Source of the DNA: Deltaproteobacteria bacterium
Lineage (GTDB): Bacteria; SAR324; NAC60-12
Length of the DNA stretch: 64,000 nt
Assembly: GCA_038150265.1 (NCBI GenBank)
Contig: JAYOTF010000003.1
Coordinates: forward strand, 64,001 to 128,000
Direction: 5' to 3'
This document shows, in pieces, positions 1-9,005 of the stretch. Position numbers and translations under genes: made by a program. The first letter of the stretch is position 1. Each line of letters starts with the position of its first letter. The notes beneath the pieces are model-generated. The model was not told the DNA's origin. It was given only the letters and a program-made list of their open reading frames with translations, and did no database searches.

Positions 1-1213
<1,213 letters not shown>

Positions 1214-2242
1214 TTAGAGCAAAGCCGTCTCTTCCGGAAACCCGAACATCAGGTTCATGTTCTGCAGCGCTTGTCCGGAGGCGCCCTTCACCAGGTTGTC
1301 GATGCTGGTCAGGACCACCCAGTTGCGGCACGACTCATCGTGGCTGAGGCCAATGGCACAGCGGTTCGAGTTCACGCAGGTTTTGAGGTCCGGAAGCCGC
1401 CCCTCGGGAAGCAGCTGCACAAATCGGTTTTCAGCCTCAACCTTCTGAAACTGCGCCCAGACCTTTTCCGGATCCTTCGGCCGCGAGAAGCGCAGGTAGA
1501 TGGTGGAAAGGATGCCCCGATTGACCGGAAGCAGGTGGGGCGTGAAGATCACCTCGCCCAACTCTTCCGATCGGAACGGGCTGAGGTCTTCCAGGTACTG
1601 CTGGATTTCCGGCTGGTGCTGGTGCCCAAAGACCTTGTACGCCTTGAAGTTCTCATTCACCTCCACGTAGTTCGTGGCGTCGTCTTCCACCCGGCCTCCG
1701 GCCCCGGTGACTCCGGATTTGGCGTCAATGATGGGAGGACGATCCAGGCGCCCCAGCAGCTCGCCAAAGGGCAGGATTCCCAGCAAGGCCCCCGTCGGGT
1801 AGCACCCCGGGTTGGCAATCAGCCGCGCCGACTCAATGCGCTCTCGGAAGAACTCCGGCAGCCCAAACACCGCCTCCTTCAGCAGTTCCGGAGAGCTGTG
1901 TTCAAGCTGGTAGAAGCGCGCAAAGCGTTCCGGATCCCGGAGCCGGTACACGCCTGAAAGGTCGATCACCTTCACGCCTTGCTCCAGCAGGGCGGGCACC
2001 CGCTCCAGGCTGGCCTTGTTCGGAACCGCCAGGAACACGACGTCGCATCCGGAAGCATCAGCGTCATTGGGCTGAAACACCTCCTGACACAGCGGCAGGT
2101 GCGGAAAGGCCTCAGACACCGTGCGGCCTTCATACTTGGTGGACGTCGCCAGGACCACCTGGGCGAAGGGGTGACGTTGCAGGCGGTCCAGCAGTTCGAG
2201 CCCGGAGAGCCCGGCGGCGCCGATGATTCCAACACGGATCAT
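1214..2242 (-). CDS. argC: N-acetyl-gamma-glutamyl-phosphate reductase
   Basis: GAAGLSG Rossmann start, IANPGCYPT active-site motif, DAKSGVTGAG, DNLVKGASGQALQNMN. Confidence 0.96.
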   Translation of the reverse strand: MIRVGIIGAAGLSGLELLDRLQRHPFAQVVLATSTKYEGRTVSEAFPHLPLCQEVFQPNDADASGCDVVFLAVPNKASLERVPALLEQGVKVIDLSGVYRLRDPERFARFYQLEHSSPELLKEAVFGLPEFFRERIESARLIANPGCYPTGALLGILPFGELLGRLDRPPIIDAKSGVTGAGGRVEDDATNYVEVNENFKAYKVFGHQHQPEIQQYLEDLSPFRSEELGEVIFTPHLLPVNRGILSTIYLRFSRPKDPEKVWAQFQKVEAENRFVQLLPEGRLPDLKTCVNSNRCAIGLSHDESCRNWVVLTSIDNLVKGASGQALQNMNLMFGFPEETALL

Positions 2243-2586
2243 GAGTTCAGTACCTCTTGATAAAGATCTGCATTAAATCCCACAATGAAGTCGGAGCCCA
2301 CCCGCCACGTGGGCGCACGCAGGTTCCCGCTGGGCCCAATGACGTCGGCCAGGATCGCCTCCTGATCATCCGTCGCCGGGTTCCAGCTGCGGGTTTTCTT
2401 GCCTTTGGCGGTGTAAATCGTCCGGGCGTCCTTCATCAGCTCCCATGCGGCAGCCGCATCGTACCGGACCTTGTTGGCGCTCACGCGCTCCTGATCGTGA
2501 ATCTGGTGTGCGTCAAGAAACTCTTGCGCTCGCTTGCAGCTCGTTCAGCCGGGGCGAAAGTAGCCCCAATCCAGGGTCTGGGTCAT
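2239..2586 (-). CDS. ArsC-like / thioredoxin-fold selenoprotein (UxxC; Sec at codon 14, TGA at 2545-2547)
   Basis: From ATG 2586: MTQTLDWGYFRPG-TGA-TSCKRAQEFLDAHQI...ERVSANK..., in frame with ORF 2239..2484 (GPSGNLRAPTWRVG..IVGFN, an ArsC/Spx-like C-terminus). TGA occupies the first Cys position of the CxxC motif and a hairpin follows it. Confidence 0.85.
2510..2529 (-). promoter_or_regulatory. Putative bacterial SECIS element of the ArsC-like gene
   Basis: mRNA GCG-CAAGA-GUU-UCUUG-A-CGC: stem-loop with a G-starting loop 23 nt after the UGA. Confidence 0.6.
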
Positions 2587-2625
2587 GGCGGTTTGTCGGG
2601 AAAGGGTTGTTGGGTCAAAAGGGTG

Positions 2626-2653
2626 ATTGTACTTGGCTTCAGCAGAGATTCAA
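2626..2653 (-). promoter_or_regulatory. Candidate sigma70 promoter upstream of the ArsC-like gene and argC
   Basis: TTGAAT-N16-TACAAT on the minus strand, in the 67-nt gap between the two selenoprotein genes. Confidence 0.4.
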
Positions 2654-3463
2654 TCACTTTGGGTCTGGCGACTCTCCCGGAAACGTCCCGCGGCGCCACC
2701 GCAGGGGGCTGTCGAAGATCGCCCCCGGCTCCTCCAGGGTCGCCAGTGCGCCCAGGCACTCCTCAAAGACGTAACGCTGCTGCGCCCGGCGCCCCGCTTC
2801 CCCGAGCGCATGGCCAAATGGGAAGCGGACGTGATACGTCCGGGGGGGCTTCACCTGCTCGCTGATGCGACGGAGGATGGAGATGCCGATGGTGCTGATG
2901 CCCTGGGCTTCAATGGCGCGTTGAACCAGACCGACCGTCTGGTTGCAGAGGCCTCAGGCGGGCACCAGCAAGGCGATGTCTGCCTGCTGGCGTTTGATCT
3001 CCCGGGCCGCCTCCAGCGCGGTCTTCTGAATGAGCGTCGTCAGGTGCGGGCCTTCGATGTGCCCCATGAAGCTGAAGAACTCCGGGGTGGTGCCCTGCAG
3101 TTCCCCAGCAGCCACCAGGTCCTTCAGCACATCCATGGGCAAGACAAGATTGCGATCCTGATCGGCATCCGTATGATCGTAGTAGTCGTGGGTAATCGTC
3201 AACGCCTCCGGAGGTGCCTCTGCCGGAATGCGCCGGAAGCTGGGGTCGCCCTCCGGATCCGTCATGTCAAACGGAGGGTCGCTCCGCAGGTGCACGCCGC
3301 CGGTGGTGACCAGCGCCACGCGACACTCCGGAAGCGGTCGCTGCAGCGGCGTCCAGGGGATCTCCTCCGCGGTCACCGCCCGGTAGCTCCGGGCCCACCA
3401 CTGCCGGACCCCCGGTAGCTGAAAGAGCCGCCGCCCCAATCGATTTTTCCAGGAATCTGTCAT
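2654..3463 (-). CDS. D-proline/glycine-betaine reductase selenoprotein B family (PrdB-like), Sec at TGA 2954-2956
   Basis: ORF 2954..3463 (IPWTPLQRPL..RVALVTTGGVH..DPSFR..HDYYDHTDADQDRNLVLPMD..SFMG..ADIALLVPA) continues in frame after TGA with GLCNQTVGLVQRAIEAQGISTIGIS...KPPRT..RFPFGHALG to a stop at 2654. This matches the PrdB UxxC..VQRAIE.GI.T pattern. 269 aa with readthrough. Confidence 0.9.
2924..2944 (-). promoter_or_regulatory. Putative bacterial SECIS element of the PrdB-like gene
   Basis: Perfect 8-bp stem AACCAGAC/GUCUGGUU with loop GGUCG. The loop starts 17 nt after the UGA. Confidence 0.75.
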
Positions 3464-4160
3464 GACCTTTGCTGAAAACCTTTCTCACATTCACGACCGC
3501 CTGCACCAGGCGGCCACACAGGCTGGGCGGTCACCTGAAGCCGTCCGCCTGATTGCTGTTTCCAAAACCAAACCCGTCTCCCAGCTGCAAGAGGCCATTG
3601 ACGCCGGGCAACTCGTGTTCGGGGAAAATCGGGTGCAGGAGGCCCTGGAGAAGCAGGAAGCCCTGAGCCACCCCGACCTGGAGTGGCACCTGATTGGGCA
3701 CCTCCAGAAGAACAAGGCGAAGCTCGTTCCCGGACGCTTTGCCTGGGTCCACTCCGTGGATTCTCTGGAACTGGCCCAGCGGCTGGAAAAGCATGCCGCG
3801 GCTACCGAGGTGCCCTTGAAAATTCTGCTTCAGCTCAACACGTCCGCTGAGGAAAGCAAGTCGGGAATGAGCGGCTGGGATGAAGTCCGCCCCCTTGCCG
3901 AGCAGATCCTTCAGAACTGCCCCCACCTGCAGCTGAAGGGGCTGATGACCATCCCGGCACCCGACGTTGGAGAGGGCGCCACCCGAAGGGCCTTTGCCCA
4001 GCTCCGGACCTGGAACGAACGCCTGCGCACCGAGCTGGACCTGCCCGACCTGACGGAGCTTTCCATGGGCATGACCTCTGACTTCGAGTGGGCCGTTCTG
4101 GAAGGCGCCACTTTGGTCCGGATCGGTTCGGCTCTCTTTGGCGCTCGCAGTTACCCCTGA
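3462..4160 (+). CDS. yggS: Pyridoxal phosphate homeostasis protein (YggS/PLPBP)
   Basis: LIAVSKTKP (PLP Lys), FGENRVQE, WHLIGHLQKNK, GLMTIP, LSMGMTSDFEWAVLEGATLVRIGSALFG. Confidence 0.95.
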   Translation: MTFAENLSHIHDRLHQAATQAGRSPEAVRLIAVSKTKPVSQLQEAIDAGQLVFGENRVQEALEKQEALSHPDLEWHLIGHLQKNKAKLVPGRFAWVHSVDSLELAQRLEKHAAATEVPLKILLQLNTSAEESKSGMSGWDEVRPLAEQILQNCPHLQLKGLMTIPAPDVGEGATRRAFAQLRTWNERLRTELDLPDLTELSMGMTSDFEWAVLEGATLVRIGSALFGARSYP

Positions 4161-5452
4161 GCCACCTTCCGGGCCTTCCGCAGGGCCTGCTTCAGGTCCA
4201 GAATCAGGTCTTCCGGATCCTCCAATCCCACCGAGAGGCGGATCAGGTCTTCTCCAATACCGGCCTGCTGGAGCGCCGCGGCATCCAACTGCGCGTGCGT
4301 GGTGCTGGCCGGGTGAATGACCAGGGTCTTGGCATCGCCCACATTTGCCAGGTGGGAGCAGAGCTGTACGGCATTGATGAACGCCGCCCCAGCCGCACGC
4401 CCTCCCTTGACCCCAAACGCCACAATCGAGCCGGCGCCCTTTGGCAGCAGCCGTTGCGCCAACGCATGGTCCGGATGCTCCGGCAGCGACGGATGCGTCA
4501 CCCAGGCAATGTCGTCGCAGCTTTGCAAAAACTCCAGCAGCGCTTCCGTGTTGCTCCGGTGCCGTTCCATGCGGAGCGGCAGGGTCTCCAGCCCCTGCAG
4601 GAGGTAGAAGGCGTTTTGCGGACTCAGCGCCGGACCAAAGTCGCGCATGCCCTCGGAGCGGGCCCGCATGGAAAACGCCTGTGGCCCAAACTCTTCAAAA
4701 AAGTTGATGCCGTGGTACCCCGCATAAGGCTCGGTGAGCGTGGGAAACTTTCCGGAAGCCGCCCAGTCGAAGCGTCCGCCTTCCACCACCACACCGCCCA
4801 CGGCCACCCCATGGCCGCCCATCCACTTGGTCACCGAGTGCATCACCAGGTCCGCCCCCTGCTTCAGGGGCTGACAGAGGTAGGGCGTGTTGAAGGTGCC
4901 ATCAATCAACAACGGCACCTGCGCGTCGTGAGCGACCTGCGCCACCCGCTCCAGGTCCAGCACCTCCAACCCGGGATTCCCGATGATCTCGGCAAAGACG
5001 AGGCGCGTCTCTGGACGCAGGGCCGCCTGAAACGCCTGCGGATCACGAGGATCCACAAAGGTCGTCTCAATGCCAAACCGGGGGAGCGTGTGCCGCAGCA
5101 GGTTGACGCTTCCGCCATAAAGCGACGCTGAGGCCACCACGTGCGACCCCGCCCCCATCAGGGTCAGGATCGTCAGGAACAGCGCACTCTGCCCGGAGGC
5201 CGTTGCCACCGCACCGGTTCCTCCCTCCAGTGCCGCCACGCGTTCTTCCAGCACGGCCACCGTGGGATTGGAGATGCGGCTGTAGATGTGCCCCCCTCGC
5301 TCCAGGTTGAAGAGCGCTGCCGCGTGATCGCTGTCTGGAAACACATAGGAGGTCGTTTGGTAAATCGGCACGGCACGGGCGCCAGTTGCTTCATCCGGAC
5401 GCTGGCCGCCGTGCAGGCTCAGGGTATGAAAGCCGTGAAATTGAGGGGTCAT
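4151..5452 (-). CDS. metY: O-acetylhomoserine aminocarboxypropyltransferase / sulfhydrylase (MetY/Met17 family)
   Basis: [34 protein letters not shown] (PLP Lys), [29 protein letters not shown]. Confidence 0.9.
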   Translation of the reverse strand: MTPQFHGFHTLSLHGGQRPDEATGARAVPIYQTTSYVFPDSDHAAALFNLERGGHIYSRISNPTVAVLEERVAALEGGTGAVATASGQSALFLTILTLMGAGSHVVASASLYGGSVNLLRHTLPRFGIETTFVDPRDPQAFQAALRPETRLVFAEIIGNPGLEVLDLERVAQVAHDAQVPLLIDGTFNTPYLCQPLKQGADLVMHSVTKWMGGHGVAVGGVVVEGGRFDWAASGKFPTLTEPYAGYHGINFFEEFGPQAFSMRARSEGMRDFGPALSPQNAFYLLQGLETLPLRMERHRSNTEALLEFLQSCDDIAWVTHPSLPEHPDHALAQRLLPKGAGSIVAFGVKGGRAAGAAFINAVQLCSHLANVGDAKTLVIHPASTTHAQLDAAALQQAGIGEDLIRLSVGLEDPEDLILDLKQALRKARKVAQG

Positions 5453-5611
5453 GGAAACTCGTAGGGCGCAAGGTGTGGACGAGAAACGCTCACCTTAAGG
5501 AAGTCTGCCAGAAGCTTCAAGCAGCACCGCGTCTGGAAACCGCTTAATCCGTTTGTGACTCCAGTGGGAGTTCGTTAGGATTGCCCCTGAACGATTTGAA
5601 CAAGGGGCGCA

Positions 5612-5905
5612 ATGGATCCGTTGGTCTGGGAAGTGATGCAGTATCTGGGAGCAGCTGTCGGGCTGGCGGCCTTCTGCTGGCTCGCCAGGGACTGGCTCCT
5701 GCGAGGACAGGAGGAACCTCCGTTTCCGGCCTCGTTTCCTCAGGCTCCCGAGCCCGAGGCCGAAGCTGAATTGGAGATCCCCGTCAACGACGCCTCGCCC
5801 GCTCGTTCTCAGCTGAAGATCGCCCGCTCGGCCCCTCAGGTCACCCTCAAGGTGGTCCGGAGCTGGCTTCACGAGTCCAACGTCACGGATCCTCCGCATG
5901 CCTGA
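5612..5905 (+). CDS. Small single-pass membrane protein with a FliF C-terminus-like tail
   Basis: N-terminal hydrophobic helix, Pro/Glu-rich linker, C-terminal APQVTLKVVRSWLHE. Its end overlaps the mutM start, as expected in an operon. Confidence 0.6.
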   Translation: MDPLVWEVMQYLGAAVGLAAFCWLARDWLLRGQEEPPFPASFPQAPEPEAEAELEIPVNDASPARSQLKIARSAPQVTLKVVRSWLHESNVTDPPHA

Positions 5906-6719
5906 ACTTCCAGAAGTTGAAACCGTTGCCCGGGGCCTCCGGGAACGGATCGTCGGCACCACCTTCCGTCATGTGGACCTCTGGCACCCGACTCTGACCG
6001 TCAAGCAGGACCGGGAGGTCTTCACAGAGAAGCTCACCAACGCTCGGGTCACCGACATCCGCCGCCGCGCCAAGTTCCTGCTGTTCCACCTGGAGCCCCG
6101 GGGCGTGCTCCTGGGACACCTGCGCATGACCGGCAAGTTCATTGTGTCTCCGCCCCTTCCGGAACCAGGCAAGCACCACCGAGCCTGGTTCACGCTTGAC
6201 GACAGGACCCTGCTGGTGTTTGAGGACATGCGGTGCTTCGGGACCCTGGAGTGGTTTCCGGATGAAGCGTCCATTCCGCAGCTGCAGAAGCTGGGGCCGG
6301 AGCCGCTCTCCGAGGCCTTTGAGCCCGTGGGGCTGCAAAACGCGTTGGCGCGGACTCGACGGGCCATCAAGCCGGTGCTGCTGGACCAAAGGGTGGTCGC
6401 GGGCATCGGCAACATCTATGCGTCCGAGATCCTCTTCCGTGCCCGCATTCACCCGGAAACCGAGGCCCGGACCCTCCGGAAGGCCGCCTGCACACGCCTT
6501 GTCCATGAAACCCGGGAGGTCCTGACTGAGGCCCTTGCTCACAACGGAACCTCCATCTCCGACTTTCGGCGCGTGGATGACAAGACCGGCGAGTTCCAGG
6601 AGTTCCTCCGGGTCTACCAACGGGAAACCCTGCCCTGCCGGGTTTGCGGCACGCCCATCCAGCGATCGGTTCAGCAGCAACGCAGCACCTTCTTTTGCCC
6701 AACATGCCAAACACCATGA
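5898..6719 (+). CDS. mutM: Formamidopyrimidine-DNA glycosylase
   Basis: MPELPEVE N-terminus, HLRMTG, LLDQ..VAGIGNIYASE, C-terminal zinc finger CRVC..CPTCQ. Confidence 0.97.
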   Translation: MPELPEVETVARGLRERIVGTTFRHVDLWHPTLTVKQDREVFTEKLTNARVTDIRRRAKFLLFHLEPRGVLLGHLRMTGKFIVSPPLPEPGKHHRAWFTLDDRTLLVFEDMRCFGTLEWFPDEASIPQLQKLGPEPLSEAFEPVGLQNALARTRRAIKPVLLDQRVVAGIGNIYASEILFRARIHPETEARTLRKAACTRLVHETREVLTEALAHNGTSISDFRRVDDKTGEFQEFLRVYQRETLPCRVCGTPIQRSVQQQRSTFFCPTCQTP

Positions 6720-7585
6720 GCCTCTTCCGTCTGCTTTCCTCACCACGTGGCCTGCTCCTCGCCCTCGGGCTGCTGCTGGGCACCACCGGAGCTGCTCAGC
6801 CCCTGCTGTTGCTCGGCGGCGGCAGTGACTCCGGAAGCAACGCCTTTGCCCAGTCCTTTTCAGAGATCTGGGAGCGTCCCGGTTTTTCTGACCAGGAGCT
6901 TCACTGGGGCAGCGAGCCAGACCCACGTCTGCGCCTGAAGCGCCTGGAGCAACGACAGGGAGACCTGGCCATCGTGGACGCTCGGACCGCCTACGAGGCC
7001 CTTCCGGAGGCTCCGCTGCTGTGTGCCATCAGCGTCCTCTGGCCCAACCGCATGGTCCTCCTCACCGTTCCGGAGCCTTCCGGACGTCTGCAGCAGCTGC
7101 TCCTGCCTCCTTCGGCCACCCCCTACCTCACCGCGTGGGCTGGGCTCCGCGCCGGGCTCCCGTCGGTTCAGCTGCTGGAAGGCCGCCCCGAGGCGCTGGA
7201 GCCTGGGCAAACCCTGCTGTGGCTGGGACTGCCCCAGCCGCTGGCTCCTCTTGTTCATCAGAATTCCGCTATCCAAATTCAAGTGCTGGCGTCCGGAACG
7301 CAGCAGACGCTGCTGCAGACCCATCCGTGGCTCCGCTCTGGAACGCTGCCTGCCGGAGCCCTGCCCCGGCAGAGCCGGGCGGTTCAAACGGTGGAGCAGC
7401 GCTCGGTGCTCGTGGCCCGGTGTGACCTCCCAGACCTGTGGGTGACAGAGGTGCTGGACGGCCTCTTCCGCATTGCCACGTGGCCGCATCCGCCGGCACG
7501 CTTCATCGGCATCACCGCTGCAGCCAATCGAGACTACCTGACCGCCTATTCCTACCATAACGCAGCGCTGGCTCGGTTCCGTTGA
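6716..7585 (+). CDS. Exported protein resembling a divergent TAXI-family solute-binding protein
   Basis: ATG at 6716 overlaps the mutM stop (ATGA). Signal peptide, then RL..LEQRQGDLAIVD, HPWL..GTLPAGA..Q..AVQTV...VLVAR.DLP and a C-terminal YHNAAL, recalling TAXI motifs. Confidence 0.55.
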   Translation: MSLFRLLSSPRGLLLALGLLLGTTGAAQPLLLLGGGSDSGSNAFAQSFSEIWERPGFSDQELHWGSEPDPRLRLKRLEQRQGDLAIVDARTAYEALPEAPLLCAISVLWPNRMVLLTVPEPSGRLQQLLLPPSATPYLTAWAGLRAGLPSVQLLEGRPEALEPGQTLLWLGLPQPLAPLVHQNSAIQIQVLASGTQQTLLQTHPWLRSGTLPAGALPRQSRAVQTVEQRSVLVARCDLPDLWVTEVLDGLFRIATWPHPPARFIGITAAANRDYLTAYSYHNAALARFR

Positions 7586-7616
7586 CCCTTCCAGTGGCTG
7601 CTTTCATGAGAATGCC

Positions 7617-8561
7617 GTGAGCGACTTTCACCACATTCCCGTTCTCCTCCATGAGGTGCTGGAGCAGGTTCCGGAGGCTGCCGATGCGCTGCTCGACTGC
7701 ACCCTGGGCGGAGCGGGACACAGCCTGGCGCTGCTGGACCACCTGCCAGAGGCTCAGCTTCGGGGCATCGACCGCGACCCCAACGCCGTGGCTGCCGCTA
7801 CGGAACGCCTGCAGGCACGCTTCCCTGAGCGCATCAAGACGCGGCAGGCCAAGTTTTCGGAGCTGCAGGCGTACCTTGCCCTCTGGCGGTTGAAGTACGA
7901 CTTCGTTCTTGCCGATGTCGGGGTGTCCTCCGAACAGCTCAGCCGGGGGGCCCGCGGGTTTTCGTTCATGGAAAACGGCCCCCTCGACATGCGCATGAAC
8001 CCGGAAGAGTCTGTTCCCACTGCCGCCCAGCTGCTGGAACGGACCCGAGAAGCCGAGCTGCGGAAGTGGCTGAAGGTCTATGGTGAGGAACGCTTTGCTC
8101 CGCAGATTGCCAAGGCGATCGTTGAGCAGCGCAGCCAGCGTCCCCTCCAAACGACTCAGGAGCTTGCCGAGCTCGTCCACCGCGTGATCCCGAAGCGTTT
8201 TCACAAGCCCCACTTCAACCCTGCCACCTTGACCTTCCAGGCCCTCCGGATTGTTGTCAACCGGGAGTTGCGAGAGCTGGAGCTCCTGCTGGAACTGATC
8301 CCGAGCTTCCTCAAGGAAAACGGCCGGCTCGCCATCATTTCCTTCCACTCGCTGGAAGACCGGCTGGTCAAGCAGACCTTCCGGACCTGGGAAGCGCCCT
8401 GTACCTGTCCGCCCAAGCTGCCGTACTGCGTCTGTGGGCTCAAGCCCAGGGGCCGGGTGCTCACACGCCGCCCCGTGACCGCCAGCGATGAAGAAATGAA
8501 AGCCAACCCCCGGAGTCGCAGCGCCAAGCTCCGTGTCTTCGAGTTTCACTCCGAGTCATGA
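7617..8561 (+). CDS. rsmH: 16S rRNA m4C1402 methyltransferase
   Basis: HIPVLLHEV, DCTLGGAGHS, DVGVSSEQL, GPLDMRM, FQALRIVVNREL, ISFHSLEDRLVK, NPRSRSAKLR. Confidence 0.96.
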   Translation: MSDFHHIPVLLHEVLEQVPEAADALLDCTLGGAGHSLALLDHLPEAQLRGIDRDPNAVAAATERLQARFPERIKTRQAKFSELQAYLALWRLKYDFVLADVGVSSEQLSRGARGFSFMENGPLDMRMNPEESVPTAAQLLERTREAELRKWLKVYGEERFAPQIAKAIVEQRSQRPLQTTQELAELVHRVIPKRFHKPHFNPATLTFQALRIVVNRELRELELLLELIPSFLKENGRLAIISFHSLEDRLVKQTFRTWEAPCTCPPKLPYCVCGLKPRGRVLTRRPVTASDEEMKANPRSRSAKLRVFEFHSES

Positions 8562-9004
8562 TTGAAATCAGCTATTTTGAATCAATGGAAGGATCTGTGG
8601 AAGAAGCCCCCATCCGGGACGCGCTGATGGTGTTTCTGCCGTTGCTCTTTTCCGGAGAGCGCACCCTCTCCCTGCACCTGACAGGCGATGAGGAAATGCG
8701 TGAGTTGAACCGGGAGTACCGAGGGAAGGACCGAACGACCGATGTGCTTTCCTGGTCGTACTTTGAGGACGATCCGGAGGCGCCCCATGTCGGCGACCTG
8801 GCCGTTTCTCTGGATCAGGTGCAGCGGCAGGCTGAGCAGTATGGATGGGATCAGCAAACGGAGTTGCTCCGGATGCTCGCTCACGGCTGCGTTCACCTTG
8901 CCGGGTGGGATCATGAGCGTTCGGAAGACGAAGCCCGAGAAATGCTGGCCCGGGAAGAGGCTCTGCTCGCCGCGATTGGCTTGCCCGACCTCTACCGGTC
9001 CTGA
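8558..9004 (+). CDS. ybeY: rRNA maturation endoribonuclease YbeY
   Basis: LNREYRGKDRTTDVLSW and HGCVHLAGWDH (H3xH5xH). Confidence 0.93.
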   Translation: MIEISYFESMEGSVEEAPIRDALMVFLPLLFSGERTLSLHLTGDEEMRELNREYRGKDRTTDVLSWSYFEDDPEAPHVGDLAVSLDQVQRQAEQYGWDQQTELLRMLAHGCVHLAGWDHERSEDEAREMLAREEALLAAIGLPDLYRS

Positions 9005-9005
9005 G

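Noticed and set aside
2654..3463. Reading the split ORFs (2954..3463 plus 2654..2854, and 2239..2484) as nonsense-mutated pseudogenes
   Set aside because: Both stops are TGA, both fall at the catalytic UxxC position, and both are followed by SECIS-like hairpins. Sec recoding explains this better.
5453..5611. Possible SAM riboswitch upstream of metY
   Set aside because: I could not match SAM-I or SAM-II consensus elements. Only an imperfect inverted repeat is visible. An Rfam scan would settle it.
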